A DNA stretch of 32,000 nucleotides from an uncultured archaeon. Its GTDB lineage: Archaea; Iainarchaeota; Iainarchaeia; Iainarchaeales; DATDZZ01. The position numbers and the translations under genes were made by a program. The notes beneath the pieces were generated by a model. That model was not told the DNA's origin and searched no databases. It saw only the letters and a list, made by a program, of their open reading frames with translations. The DNA lies in the NCBI GenBank assembly GCA_964373795.1, contig CAYJVY010000004.1:1-32000 (forward strand), read 5' to 3'. This document shows positions 17,265 through 25,110 of the stretch, piece by piece (within the stretch, counting starts at the first letter, position 1; each line of letters begins with the position of its first letter).

Positions 17265-17762
17265 ATGCCTGCAAGAAGAGAGCCACCAAAATTGCCAAAA
17301 AGGAGTTTTAAACAAAGAATTGCTGCCATGGAAAGACATCTTATAAAAATTGGGTGGCTTATTCCAGAAAAAGGCACTAGAAGAAATAAAGCACCGTTTA
17401 GAGGTATGACAGGCAAAGATATAAGTGAACACAACTTTGCTGTAAAAATGATGCTAGCTTTTGAAGAGTCACTAGAGCAAGCACATATTGTTATACCAGC
17501 AGACAAGAAAAAAGAAGTTTATAGACTACATATTAGGTCATGGCGACTAATTAAAAAATTAGAGAAAAAATACGGAAATCTTATGAGAGGAGGAATGCAT
17601 TTGTTAACATCTGATTCAGATGTAAAAGTGCTCACAGAGTTGCAACGCAAAATTGTATTAATTTTGGGTAAAGAAAAAACAAAAGAATTATTGGATTGTG
17701 TTGAAACCATGAACACAGAACTAAATAGATATCTAAGAGAAAAATTAATGAAAGGGATATGA
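17265..17762 (+). CDS. Hypothetical basic helical protein A (paralog of B)
   Basis: The ATG immediately follows the pheS TAA, with GGTGGA 4 nt upstream. N-terminus is RREPPKLPKRSFKQRIAAMER. No family recognised. Confidence 0.6.
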   Translation: MPARREPPKLPKRSFKQRIAAMERHLIKIGWLIPEKGTRRNKAPFRGMTGKDISEHNFAVKMMLAFEESLEQAHIVIPADKKKEVYRLHIRSWRLIKKLEKKYGNLMRGGMHLLTSDSDVKVLTELQRKIVLILGKEKTKELLDCVETMNTELNRYLREKLMKGI

Positions 17763-17812
17763 ATCAATAACGAACAAATATGCAGAATATCTGCAGAAAT
17801 GAAGTGAAAATT

Positions 17813-18307
17813 ATGGCAACAGGAAGACAACCTCCAAAATGGCCTAAGAGAAATTTACAGCAAAGAATTGAAGCAATGCAGAGGCTTAAAATAAAAAGTG
17901 ATGCACTAAAACCAGCAGGAGAAACAAAAAGAGACAAACCTCCTTACAAAGGAATGAATGCACAAAAAATTCTTGAACATAGAAGGATCACTAGAAACGC
18001 ATTGCTCGTGGATGAAGCACTAAGAAAAACTAGAACAAGACTTACAGAATATGATAGAAGAAGAATCCATAAAATAATTATTGGGGCATTAAGAGCTTAT
18101 TCAAGACTTCTTGAAAAATATGGTTTGGAATTGTTACAAGAAATTGATACGCAGATGGTGGGAGCCATGTTTTCAGACCCAGATATAAAAAAATGGAAAG
18201 AATTGACCACACAAGGCGAAAAAATACTTGGAAAAGGAAAATTAAGTACAGTTGTTCAAACACTAATAGATACAGAAAAAATAGTACGAAAAGAATTTCT
18301 CAAATAA
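17813..18307 (+). CDS. Hypothetical basic helical protein B (paralog of A)
   Basis: I chose the start at the Met preceded by GAAGTGA. GRQPPKWPKRNLQQRIEAMQR, K.P..GM, I.EH and LEKYG all align with protein A. Confidence 0.6.
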   Translation: MATGRQPPKWPKRNLQQRIEAMQRLKIKSDALKPAGETKRDKPPYKGMNAQKILEHRRITRNALLVDEALRKTRTRLTEYDRRRIHKIIIGALRAYSRLLEKYGLELLQEIDTQMVGAMFSDPDIKKWKELTTQGEKILGKGKLSTVVQTLIDTEKIVRKEFLK

Positions 18308-18360
18308 ATGCAAAAATGGTGGAATAATTTCAGATCTCAAAAAAAATTTAAAGTGAGAAA

Positions 18361-18729
18361 ATGAATTTAAAAAAATTACGAAAAGAAGAATTAGAGGAAA
18401 AAATTGGCGCGGCTATTTCAAGAATTAATTCAGGAAACGCCAATATTGAGAAAACAATTTCTTGGCTGGACAGTTTATTTAATGAATTCTCTAGAAGGCC
18501 TGAAGTAAAATATAGAGAAAAGCTTTCAATGTGCGAAAGGCTTAAAGAACAATTAAGGCAATGGACAGGCAAACATCTTCAACACGGAGAAAAACTTCAT
18601 TATTTAACTGAATCCGTTTATAGAACAGAAACAAGCATTAGAATAAAACAAGTAAATGCAGTTGGACGAAAAATGCATACAAGAACAACGCCAAGAAAAA
18701 AAGATTCAAGAAAATTTAGACTAAGATAA
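18361..18729 (+). CDS. Hypothetical coiled-coil protein C with a strongly basic C-terminal tail
   Basis: AAGTGAGAAA lies upstream of the ATG. 122 aa, ending RKMHTRTTPRKKDSRKFRLR. Ends 9 nt before pheT. No family recognised. Confidence 0.5.
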   Translation: MNLKKLRKEELEEKIGAAISRINSGNANIEKTISWLDSLFNEFSRRPEVKYREKLSMCERLKEQLRQWTGKHLQHGEKLHYLTESVYRTETSIRIKQVNAVGRKMHTRTTPRKKDSRKFRLR

Positions 18730-18738
18730 AGTGAAATT

Positions 18739-20397
18739 ATGCCATCAATTGATTTAAATTTAAAGGATTTAGAAAAACTTGTAGGGAAAAAATTACCTGA
18801 AGACTTGGATGAATTATTCATGTTTGTCAAAGGAGAAATTGATTCTAGGAACGGGGATGAAGTAAAGCTTGATGTGAAGGAAACTAATCGTCCGGATTTA
18901 TGGAGCACTGAAGGAATTGCCCGCGAACTGAAAGCAAAACTTGGCTTGGAAAAAGGCTTGCCAGAATACAAAGTCAAGAAAGGAAAAGTAAAAATAATAA
19001 TTGACAAGAACTTGGAAAAAGTTCGACCATTCATTGTATGCGCAGTAATCCGGAACGTGAAAATTTCTAATGACTTCTTGATTCAAATGATTCAATTGCA
19101 GGAAAAAATTGGAATGAGTTTTGGAAGGAAAAGAAAAGAATGCGGACTAGGTTTGTACGATTTCGCAAAAATGAAATCACCTGTGCACTACAAGGGATTC
19201 AAGGACAAAGAAATAGAATTCACGCCTTTAGAGTGGAAAGTAAAAATGCACCCAAGTGAGATACTCAAAGAGCATGCAAAAGGAAAAGAATTTGGGCACT
19301 TGCTAGAAGGAAAAGAATTTTATCCAATAGTAATTGATTCAGCTGGAACTGTTGCTTCAATGCCACCAATAATTAACTCTGAAGCAACAGGAAAAGTAAC
19401 AGAAAAAACAAAAGACATTTTCCTTGAATGCACAGGATTCAATTGGGAGATTGTAAATATTGGCTTGAAGGTTATGTGCATGGCCTTAGCTGACAGAGGT
19501 TCTGAAATTGAAAGTTGTGAAATACACTTACCAAAAGGCGGAATTTATCCAAAAGAAGCAGTAATTCACACTCCATTCTTTCGAACAAAAAAAACATCTT
19601 TGGAATTGGATTTCATTCACAGGCTCTCAGGAATTAATTGGACAGATAAAGAAATTCTTTCCCTTGCTGAAAGATGCAGATATTCTGCAAAAATCAAAGG
19701 AAAAAAACTAGAATTAGAATATCATGATTTCAGGAATGACATCTTGCACGCAGTTGATGTAGTGGAAGACTTGCTTATAGCTTACGGTTTTAACAACATT
19801 CAGCCTTTAGAAGTCAAAATGTCTACAACAGGACAGGAAAGGCCTGAGGTTTTAAAACAAGACATTGCAAGAGAAATTTGTATAGGACTAGGGTTGCAAG
19901 AAATACTGCAATACACTTTAACTTCCAAAGAAATGCAAGAAACTAAAATGCTTTTAGAAGAACAAGAATTTGTTGAATTAGCAAACCCTGTTTCACAGAA
20001 TTACGCAATTTTCCGCAAAAGCATGATTCCTGAAATGCTTTCATTTATGGCTAAAAACAAAACAGTTCAAATGCCTCAACACTTATTTGAAGTAGGAAAA
20101 GTTTTAGAAATTGATGAAAAACAAGAAAACAAGGTTAGAGAAAGAGTAATGCTTTGCATTGGAATTTCTAAAAACGAAACAAATTTCACTGAAATAAAAA
20201 GCTATTTACAAGCTTATGCAAAACTACGCGGAGAAGAATTCAAACTAATAGAAACAAGTAAACCTTTCATGATTCCAGGCAGACAAGCAAAAATCTTGAC
20301 AGGAAAAAAAGAAGGATTAATTGGAGAAATCCATCCAAAAGTTTTACAAAATTTTGGCCTCGAGAATCCAGTAATTGTTTTTGAATTGGAAATTTAG
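18739..20397 (+). CDS. pheT: Phenylalanine--tRNA ligase beta subunit (archaeal type)
   Basis: 552 aa. The MPSIDLNLKDLEKLVGK N-terminus, the B3/4 and B5-like regions and the C-terminal catalytic-like fold are typical of archaeal PheT. AAGTGA lies upstream. Confidence 0.92.
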   Translation: MPSIDLNLKDLEKLVGKKLPEDLDELFMFVKGEIDSRNGDEVKLDVKETNRPDLWSTEGIARELKAKLGLEKGLPEYKVKKGKVKIIIDKNLEKVRPFIVCAVIRNVKISNDFLIQMIQLQEKIGMSFGRKRKECGLGLYDFAKMKSPVHYKGFKDKEIEFTPLEWKVKMHPSEILKEHAKGKEFGHLLEGKEFYPIVIDSAGTVASMPPIINSEATGKVTEKTKDIFLECTGFNWEIVNIGLKVMCMALADRGSEIESCEIHLPKGGIYPKEAVIHTPFFRTKKTSLELDFIHRLSGINWTDKEILSLAERCRYSAKIKGKKLELEYHDFRNDILHAVDVVEDLLIAYGFNNIQPLEVKMSTTGQERPEVLKQDIAREICIGLGLQEILQYTLTSKEMQETKMLLEEQEFVELANPVSQNYAIFRKSMIPEMLSFMAKNKTVQMPQHLFEVGKVLEIDEKQENKVRERVMLCIGISKNETNFTEIKSYLQAYAKLRGEEFKLIETSKPFMIPGRQAKILTGKKEGLIGEIHPKVLQNFGLENPVIVFELEI

Positions 20398-20547
20398 TCA
20401 TTAATAGATTACTTAAATAACTAAAGAAATTAACATTAGAAAAGTTATATTAAATAAAACCTCCAAAACTGCTTCTAGAAAAAACGTTAAACCTAGTAAG
20501 GCAAAACCAAAGAGAAGAAAAAATACAAAACCAATATAACGCGCAAG

Positions 20548-20820
20548 CTATTTGTAAATTCTGTCGTGATGATCAAAATTATAAAACTTTATTTTATCTT
20601 CAGATTTTAAGTACATGAACGTCAAAACAAATGGACCGTTAACATGAACTCTCTTCAGGTGTTGAAGAGGATTTCTCAGATTCTTGTAATGCTCGACATC
20701 TTCACATCCAAGGATTTCATTAATTTTTTTCATAATAGCTTCATAAGTAACCTTGTCTTTCTTTGCAAGCTTGCTTAAAATCTTTTGAAGACCTGGTTCA
20801 ACAGAAAAATTACGACTCAA
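20548..20820 (-). CDS. RelE/YafQ-like type II toxin
   Basis: 90 aa. KLAKKDK...I.KKI.EI...HYKNL...L..LKRVHV...FVLTF...KIKFYNFDHHDRIY fits the RelE/ParE-superfamily pattern. Overlaps the upstream antitoxin ORF by 11 nt. Confidence 0.62.
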   Translation of the reverse strand: MSRNFSVEPGLQKILSKLAKKDKVTYEAIMKKINEILGCEDVEHYKNLRNPLQHLKRVHVNGPFVLTFMYLKSEDKIKFYNFDHHDRIYK

Positions 20821-21052
20821 TAGCTCGCCTCAAATCAGACAACTTCTTGTATTCAATAAATTTTCCACGCTTTTCAATTTTCTGAATTTTTTTCACAAAT
20901 TCAGGCCTAAGTTCGGGTTCCAAAAAATTTTCCTCATATTTTTTAACAATCCAATCAATTACCTGTGACTTATCCTTTAACCCAAACTTGGCTTTAACAA
21001 TATTCAAAACCCTATTAGTATTTTCATCAATATTTATCATAGCCTGTACCAT
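20810..21052 (-). CDS. Cognate antitoxin (small DNA-binding protein, DUF2683-like)
   Basis: 80 aa. INIDENTNRVLNIVKAKFGLKDKSQVIDWIVKKY resembles the archaeal antitoxin family found upstream of RelE-like genes. Operonic overlap with the toxin. Confidence 0.58.
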   Translation of the reverse strand: MVQAMINIDENTNRVLNIVKAKFGLKDKSQVIDWIVKKYEENFLEPELRPEFVKKIQKIEKRGKFIEYKKLSDLRRAIES

Positions 21053-21057
21053 TTACA

Positions 21058-21081
21058 CCACATATATACTTATATATGTGG
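21058..21081. promoter_or_regulatory. Perfect 11-bp inverted repeat (probable TA operator overlapping a TATA-like box)
   Basis: CCACATATATA-ct-TATATATGTGG begins 6 nt upstream of the antitoxin start codon. Confidence 0.45.
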
Positions 21082-21259
21082 AATATATAAACCTTTTCAA
21101 ATAGATCAAAACCAGTTTTTATTTCAGAGAGAGCAGCAAAAATTGTTTCCAAAAAAAATCAATTAATTATGTTTGAATTTGAGATTTAATTTTGTTTACC
21201 CACGTTTATTGTCGAAAACTAAAAATGTATTAAAAATTGTTTCAAATAAAAAAAATTTA

Positions 21260-21337
21260 ATGAAACTACCACTTATTTCCTCCAAAGAATTGAGAGAAAC
21301 AAATATATCAAGAGAAGAATTAATTGAAAAATTGTAA
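21260..21337 (+). pseudogene. Possible HicA toxin remnant (N-terminal about 11 aa only)
   Basis: MKLPLISSKEL resembles the HicA N-terminus (KLP.(I/V)S.KE). The rest of the 25-codon ORF does not continue the family. It sits where hicA would be, upstream of hicB. Confidence 0.25.
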
Positions 21338-21375
21338 ACATTATAATTAAATATTTAAAACAGGATAAAACTGTT

Positions 21376-21594
21376 ATGAGAAGATTTGAAGTTTTATTAT
21401 ACAAAGATGAAAATGGAGTATTTATTGCTGAATGTATTAATCTACCTTGATGTATCTCAGATGGTAAAACAAAAAAATATGCCTTAGACAACATAAAAGA
21501 AGCAATTGAAGCTTATCTTGAAAGCTTGGAAAAAAATAATGAACAAATACCTCTTATTAGTTCACCAAAACTGGTTAATGTAACAGTTCAATAA
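21376..21594 (+). pseudogene. HicB-like (UPF0150) antitoxin interrupted by an in-frame TGA at 21448-21450
   Basis: The translation MRRFEVLLYKDENGVFIAECINLP*CISDGKTKKYALDNIKEAIEAYLESLEK matches the HicB pattern ...P-G-C-x-S/T-x-G-x-T..EA..N.KEAI. The stop replaces the invariant Gly. Not in the ORF track because it is split. Confidence 0.7.
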
Positions 21595-21661
21595 AATTTC
21601 TCTAAAACAAAAGCCAGCGAAAAAATTATTAAATCCAAATTCCTTTAAATAATTGATTGAA

Positions 21662-22075
21662 ATGGTTTTTCCAAGCATTGAAGTACTTGTAATAAATTTA
21701 CTATTAGCTGTATTACTTTGAGGAATAATCGGATTTGAAAGAGAGAAAAGCGGTGTGCCAGCCGGGTTAAGAACACATATATTAATTTGCTTGGGTTCAA
21801 CTCTTTTCACTTTGATTTCTGTTAGTTTTTCTGAAGGAGATCCAACAAGAATTGCTTCAGGAATTGTTACAGGAATTGGTTTTCTTGGAGCAGGAGCAAT
21901 CTTTAAATCAAAAAACCACGTAATAGGATTAACTACTGCAGCAGATATTTGGGTTGTATCAGCAATCGGATTAGCAATTGGATTAAATTTTTATTCAGCA
22001 GCAGCAATTACAACATTAATTGCTTTCATAATTTTATTTTTAGGACGCATACTCAAAAAAGAAGTTAACAATTAA
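21662..22075 (+). pseudogene. MgtC/SapB family membrane protein interrupted by an in-frame TGA at 21719-21721
   Basis: MVFPSIEVLVINLLLAVLL*GIIGFEREKSGVPAGLRTHILICLGS... matches the MgtC N-terminus (A.LLGG.IG.ERE....AGLRTH.L). The stop replaces the first conserved Gly. The ORF-track entry 21755..22075 is the in-frame tail. Confidence 0.75.
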
Positions 22076-23537
22076 TTTTTTTCACAATTCCTTTTTCTGC
22101 GTCAACCTCAATTAAATCATTGTCTTTGAAAACCTTGGTTGCATATTTTGTTCCAACCACGCAAGGAATTTTTAATTCTCGTGAAACAATTGCTGCATGG
22201 CAAAGCAAGCCTCCATCGTTTGTAACAATTGCAGAACAGTTCTCCATTGCAGGAACAAATGAAGGCTGAGTTCCAGGAGCAATCAATACATCTCCTTTTT
22301 CCACTTTTGAAATATCTTTTTCTGTCAATACAATTTTTGCCTTTCCTCTGATTTTTCCTGAAAAAGCACAAACTCCTTGAACTCTGTCTAAATTAGAGTA
22401 ATCCATAATCAAGTGTTTATTTTTTTCATAAAACTCCTGCAACTCTCTCCCTTCAATTATTGATGTTTTTCCTTTCTCCAGCAAAAAATAGCAGTCTTTT
22501 ACTCTGTCATTCAATTTCTCAACCAAGCCCTTTGGAACAGAGTTTTTTTCCAGAATTCCAAACAATTCTTGAAGACGAAGCTCAATCACTTGATTATATG
22601 AAAGCCCATATTCTTTGCAGAATAACAGCAAATAAGGGTGCAACTTGTAAGAGGAAAAATGATACCATGAATCTTCAGTAAAAGAAACATAAGCCCATTT
22701 TCTTGCAACTTTTATCTTCAAAAGAGTTTTTTTATCAAACCCATACTTGGCTAGTAATTTTTTTCTTTTTTCCCAAATTCTTTCCTGTTCTAAAATTTTT
22801 TGCAATTCTTTTTCCACGCCTTTTTCAAGAACTTTTTCAATTCGAGGTTTTACGTCTTGCTCTGTATAAGCTCCTCCATAATAAGTGCAAAAACCCATGA
22901 ATGCAAATTTTTCTAAATAATTTTTAATCATTTTCTGGATTTGAGGAGAACTAAATGAAAGCTTTTTGCGCTTCATGTTCAAAGCAATTAAAGCAATTGC
23001 TTTTGCCTCATTTTTTATGTCAGTTGGCTCGTGCAAGGAAAAAACAGTTTCCAAAAACGAATTCAATTCTTTTACATTAGGAATTTTCTGCACAAAAACA
23101 GAATTTAATTCCTCCAAATAAAACTTGTCTAAAATCATGTAATCATAAGTCATTGAACCAATGTCCTTGTATAATTCGAAATACTTTTTGAATTTTTTTA
23201 AAAACAATTTCCTGTCAAACTTTTTTGGTTTTGGCAACAATTTAACCAAAGTTTTTGTATGCTTTTGAATCATTTTTTCCAAACGCTCTGCATAAAACAA
23301 AAGCCTTTCATCAGATTCTTTAAAGAATTCAACAATTGCGTTATATTCTTTTCTTGAAATTCCTCTTTCACTCATGAACTGTCTATAATTTGTCACAGGA
23401 ATATTTCTGCCATGATTTTTTGCAAAAAATCCTTCCCTGAAACACTCGGCTAAAGAGTCAACTAACAAAATCGGAAGCTTTCGCTTTCCAGAAAGCAAAA
23501 TCCATTTTTCATCCCAAGACAAATTCATTTCAATCAC
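22065..23537 (-). CDS. PEP-utilizer swivel (phosphohistidine) domain protein with an unrecognised ~380-aa helical N-terminal region (copy 1)
   Basis: C-terminal G.AKIV...GDVLIAPGTQPSFVPAM...AIVTNDGGLLCHAAIVSRELKIPCVVGT is the PEP-utilizers mobile-domain signature, including the catalytic His. I see no ATP-grasp (PPDK_N) or PEP-binding TIM-barrel motifs. Paralog of 28615..30078. Confidence 0.75.
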   Translation of the reverse strand: MIEMNLSWDEKWILLSGKRKLPILLVDSLAECFREGFFAKNHGRNIPVTNYRQFMSERGISRKEYNAIVEFFKESDERLLFYAERLEKMIQKHTKTLVKLLPKPKKFDRKLFLKKFKKYFELYKDIGSMTYDYMILDKFYLEELNSVFVQKIPNVKELNSFLETVFSLHEPTDIKNEAKAIALIALNMKRKKLSFSSPQIQKMIKNYLEKFAFMGFCTYYGGAYTEQDVKPRIEKVLEKGVEKELQKILEQERIWEKRKKLLAKYGFDKKTLLKIKVARKWAYVSFTEDSWYHFSSYKLHPYLLLFCKEYGLSYNQVIELRLQELFGILEKNSVPKGLVEKLNDRVKDCYFLLEKGKTSIIEGRELQEFYEKNKHLIMDYSNLDRVQGVCAFSGKIRGKAKIVLTEKDISKVEKGDVLIAPGTQPSFVPAMENCSAIVTNDGGLLCHAAIVSRELKIPCVVGTKYATKVFKDNDLIEVDAEKGIVKKINC

Positions 23538-23678
23538 TAAAAAAATGTTTTACTAGAATAAATAACTTGGTTTTGAACTGCATTAAAAGCTTTAAGCCGG
23601 TATATAATGCCTTATGCAAGCCTGTTTAGAAAAACACAAGCTTTAAATTTCTTTAATTTATTTTTTTATTACATTTAA

Positions 23679-25043
23679 ATGAATTCAACTGAATTAAAAA
23701 AAAAAGCTTTAGCTTATCATGGCGGAAGATTTAAAGGCAAATTAAAAGTAATGCCTTTGAAAAGCATTTCAAACCAAGAAGAATATGCTTTAGCTTACAC
23801 TCCAGGAGTAGCTTTTCCTTGCCTTGAAATAAAAGAAAACCCTGAAGAAGTTTACAGGTATACTTCTAAAGGAAATTTAATGGCAGTTGTATCAAACGGT
23901 TCTTCAGTTTTGGGTTTGGGAAGCATTGGCCCTGAAGCAGGTTTACCTGTAATGGAAGGAAAAGCAGTTTTATTGAAAAAATTTGCAGGAATTGATGCAA
24001 TTGGTTTATGTATTTCTAAAACACTTGATTCAAAAAGAAAAACTTTAGTAAAAGAATTTGTTTCATGCGTGGAAAAACTCGAACCAAGTTTTGGAGCAAT
24101 TAATTTAGAAGACATTGCTGCTCCTGAATGCTTTCAAGTTGAACAAGAACTGCGAAAGAAAATGAATATCCCTGTAATGCATGACGATCAACATGGAACT
24201 GCAATTGTAACAGGAGCAGCTTTACTGAATTCAATCAAACTTGCAGAAAAAAAGTTGTCAGAAATAAAATTGGTTTTTTCTGGAGCAGGAGCAGCAGCAA
24301 TTGCTTCAGCAAAATTCTTTGAAATGCTTGGAGTGAAAAAAGAAAATATTTTAATGTGTGATTCTAAAGGAGTTGTTTCCACTACGCGAAAAGATTTAGA
24401 TGAATTCAAACAAGAATTTGCCTCCAATACAAATGCTAAGACTTTATCTGATGCTTTGAAAGGCACAGATGTTTTTTTCGGTCTTTCAAAGCCAGGAATT
24501 GTTTCAAAGGAAATGATTAAGTCAATGGCTGAAAAAGCAATTGTTTTTGCAATGGCAAACCCAGTGCCTGAAATCCTTCCAGAAGAAGCCTTAGAAGGAG
24601 GGGCATTTATTGTAGGCACTGGACGTTCAGATAGAGCAAATCAAATTAATAACTCCCTTGGGTTTCCTGGAATTTACAGAGGAGCTTTAGATGTCCGCGC
24701 TAAAGAAATTAATGAAGAAATGAAACTAGCTGCTTCACATGCTTTAGCTAATTTATTGCAAGAAAAAATTCCTAAAGACGTCAAAGAATTTTTGAATAAA
24801 GCTTATCCTAGAGCAAAAGAAAAAGAATTGTTTGAAAAAGAAATTCCTTTATCTCCTGGCTTGATTCTTCCACGAATTTTAGATCCAAGAATTGTTCCAC
24901 GCATTGCACGAGAAGTAGCAAAGGCAGCAATGCTTTCAGGCGTTGCACGAGAAAAAATCCTTGATTTAGAAAAATACGAAAAAGAAACAACACAATTCAT
25001 TGAATTCACTAATGAAAACATTCAAGTCTGTTTAAAAATTTAA
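23679..25043 (+). CDS. NAD(P)-dependent malic enzyme (oxaloacetate-decarboxylating malate dehydrogenase)
   Basis: YTPGVA, HDDQHGTAIV, the Rossmann motif FSGAGAAAIA, and FAMANPVPEI are typical of short prokaryotic malic enzymes. Confidence 0.9.
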   Translation: MNSTELKKKALAYHGGRFKGKLKVMPLKSISNQEEYALAYTPGVAFPCLEIKENPEEVYRYTSKGNLMAVVSNGSSVLGLGSIGPEAGLPVMEGKAVLLKKFAGIDAIGLCISKTLDSKRKTLVKEFVSCVEKLEPSFGAINLEDIAAPECFQVEQELRKKMNIPVMHDDQHGTAIVTGAALLNSIKLAEKKLSEIKLVFSGAGAAAIASAKFFEMLGVKKENILMCDSKGVVSTTRKDLDEFKQEFASNTNAKTLSDALKGTDVFFGLSKPGIVSKEMIKSMAEKAIVFAMANPVPEILPEEALEGGAFIVGTGRSDRANQINNSLGFPGIYRGALDVRAKEINEEMKLAASHALANLLQEKIPKDVKEFLNKAYPRAKEKELFEKEIPLSPGLILPRILDPRIVPRIAREVAKAAMLSGVAREKILDLEKYEKETTQFIEFTNENIQVCLKI

Positions 25044-25110
25044 AATAACTAACCCCTCCAACTAAAGTCCAAAGTATCCAGAGTTCATTTTTAAGAAATA
25101 AATTAACATT

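Noticed and set aside
17238-19095. A run of minus-strand ORFs: 17238..17432, 17261..17506, 17519..17830, 18078..18263, 18348..18572, 18618..19034 and 18898..19095
   Set aside because: They are antisense shadows of purine-rich (AAG/GAA/AGA) plus-strand coding sequence. The translations are Phe/Ser/Leu-rich nonsense with no start context, and they overlap confidently called pheS/pheT and the A/B/C ORFs.
21138-21243. A 12-nt direct repeat AAAAATTGTTTC (21138-21149 and 21232-21243) as possible insertion-site duplication flanking the HicAB remnant
   Set aside because: The repeat is short and A/T-rich in an AT-rich spacer, so chance recurrence is plausible. It does not bracket the HicB/MgtC genes.
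21273-21810. Minus-strand ORFs 21273..21494 and 21562..21810
   Set aside because: They are antisense to the HicB-like and MgtC-like reading frames, whose translations match known families over their full length apart from the single TGA in each.
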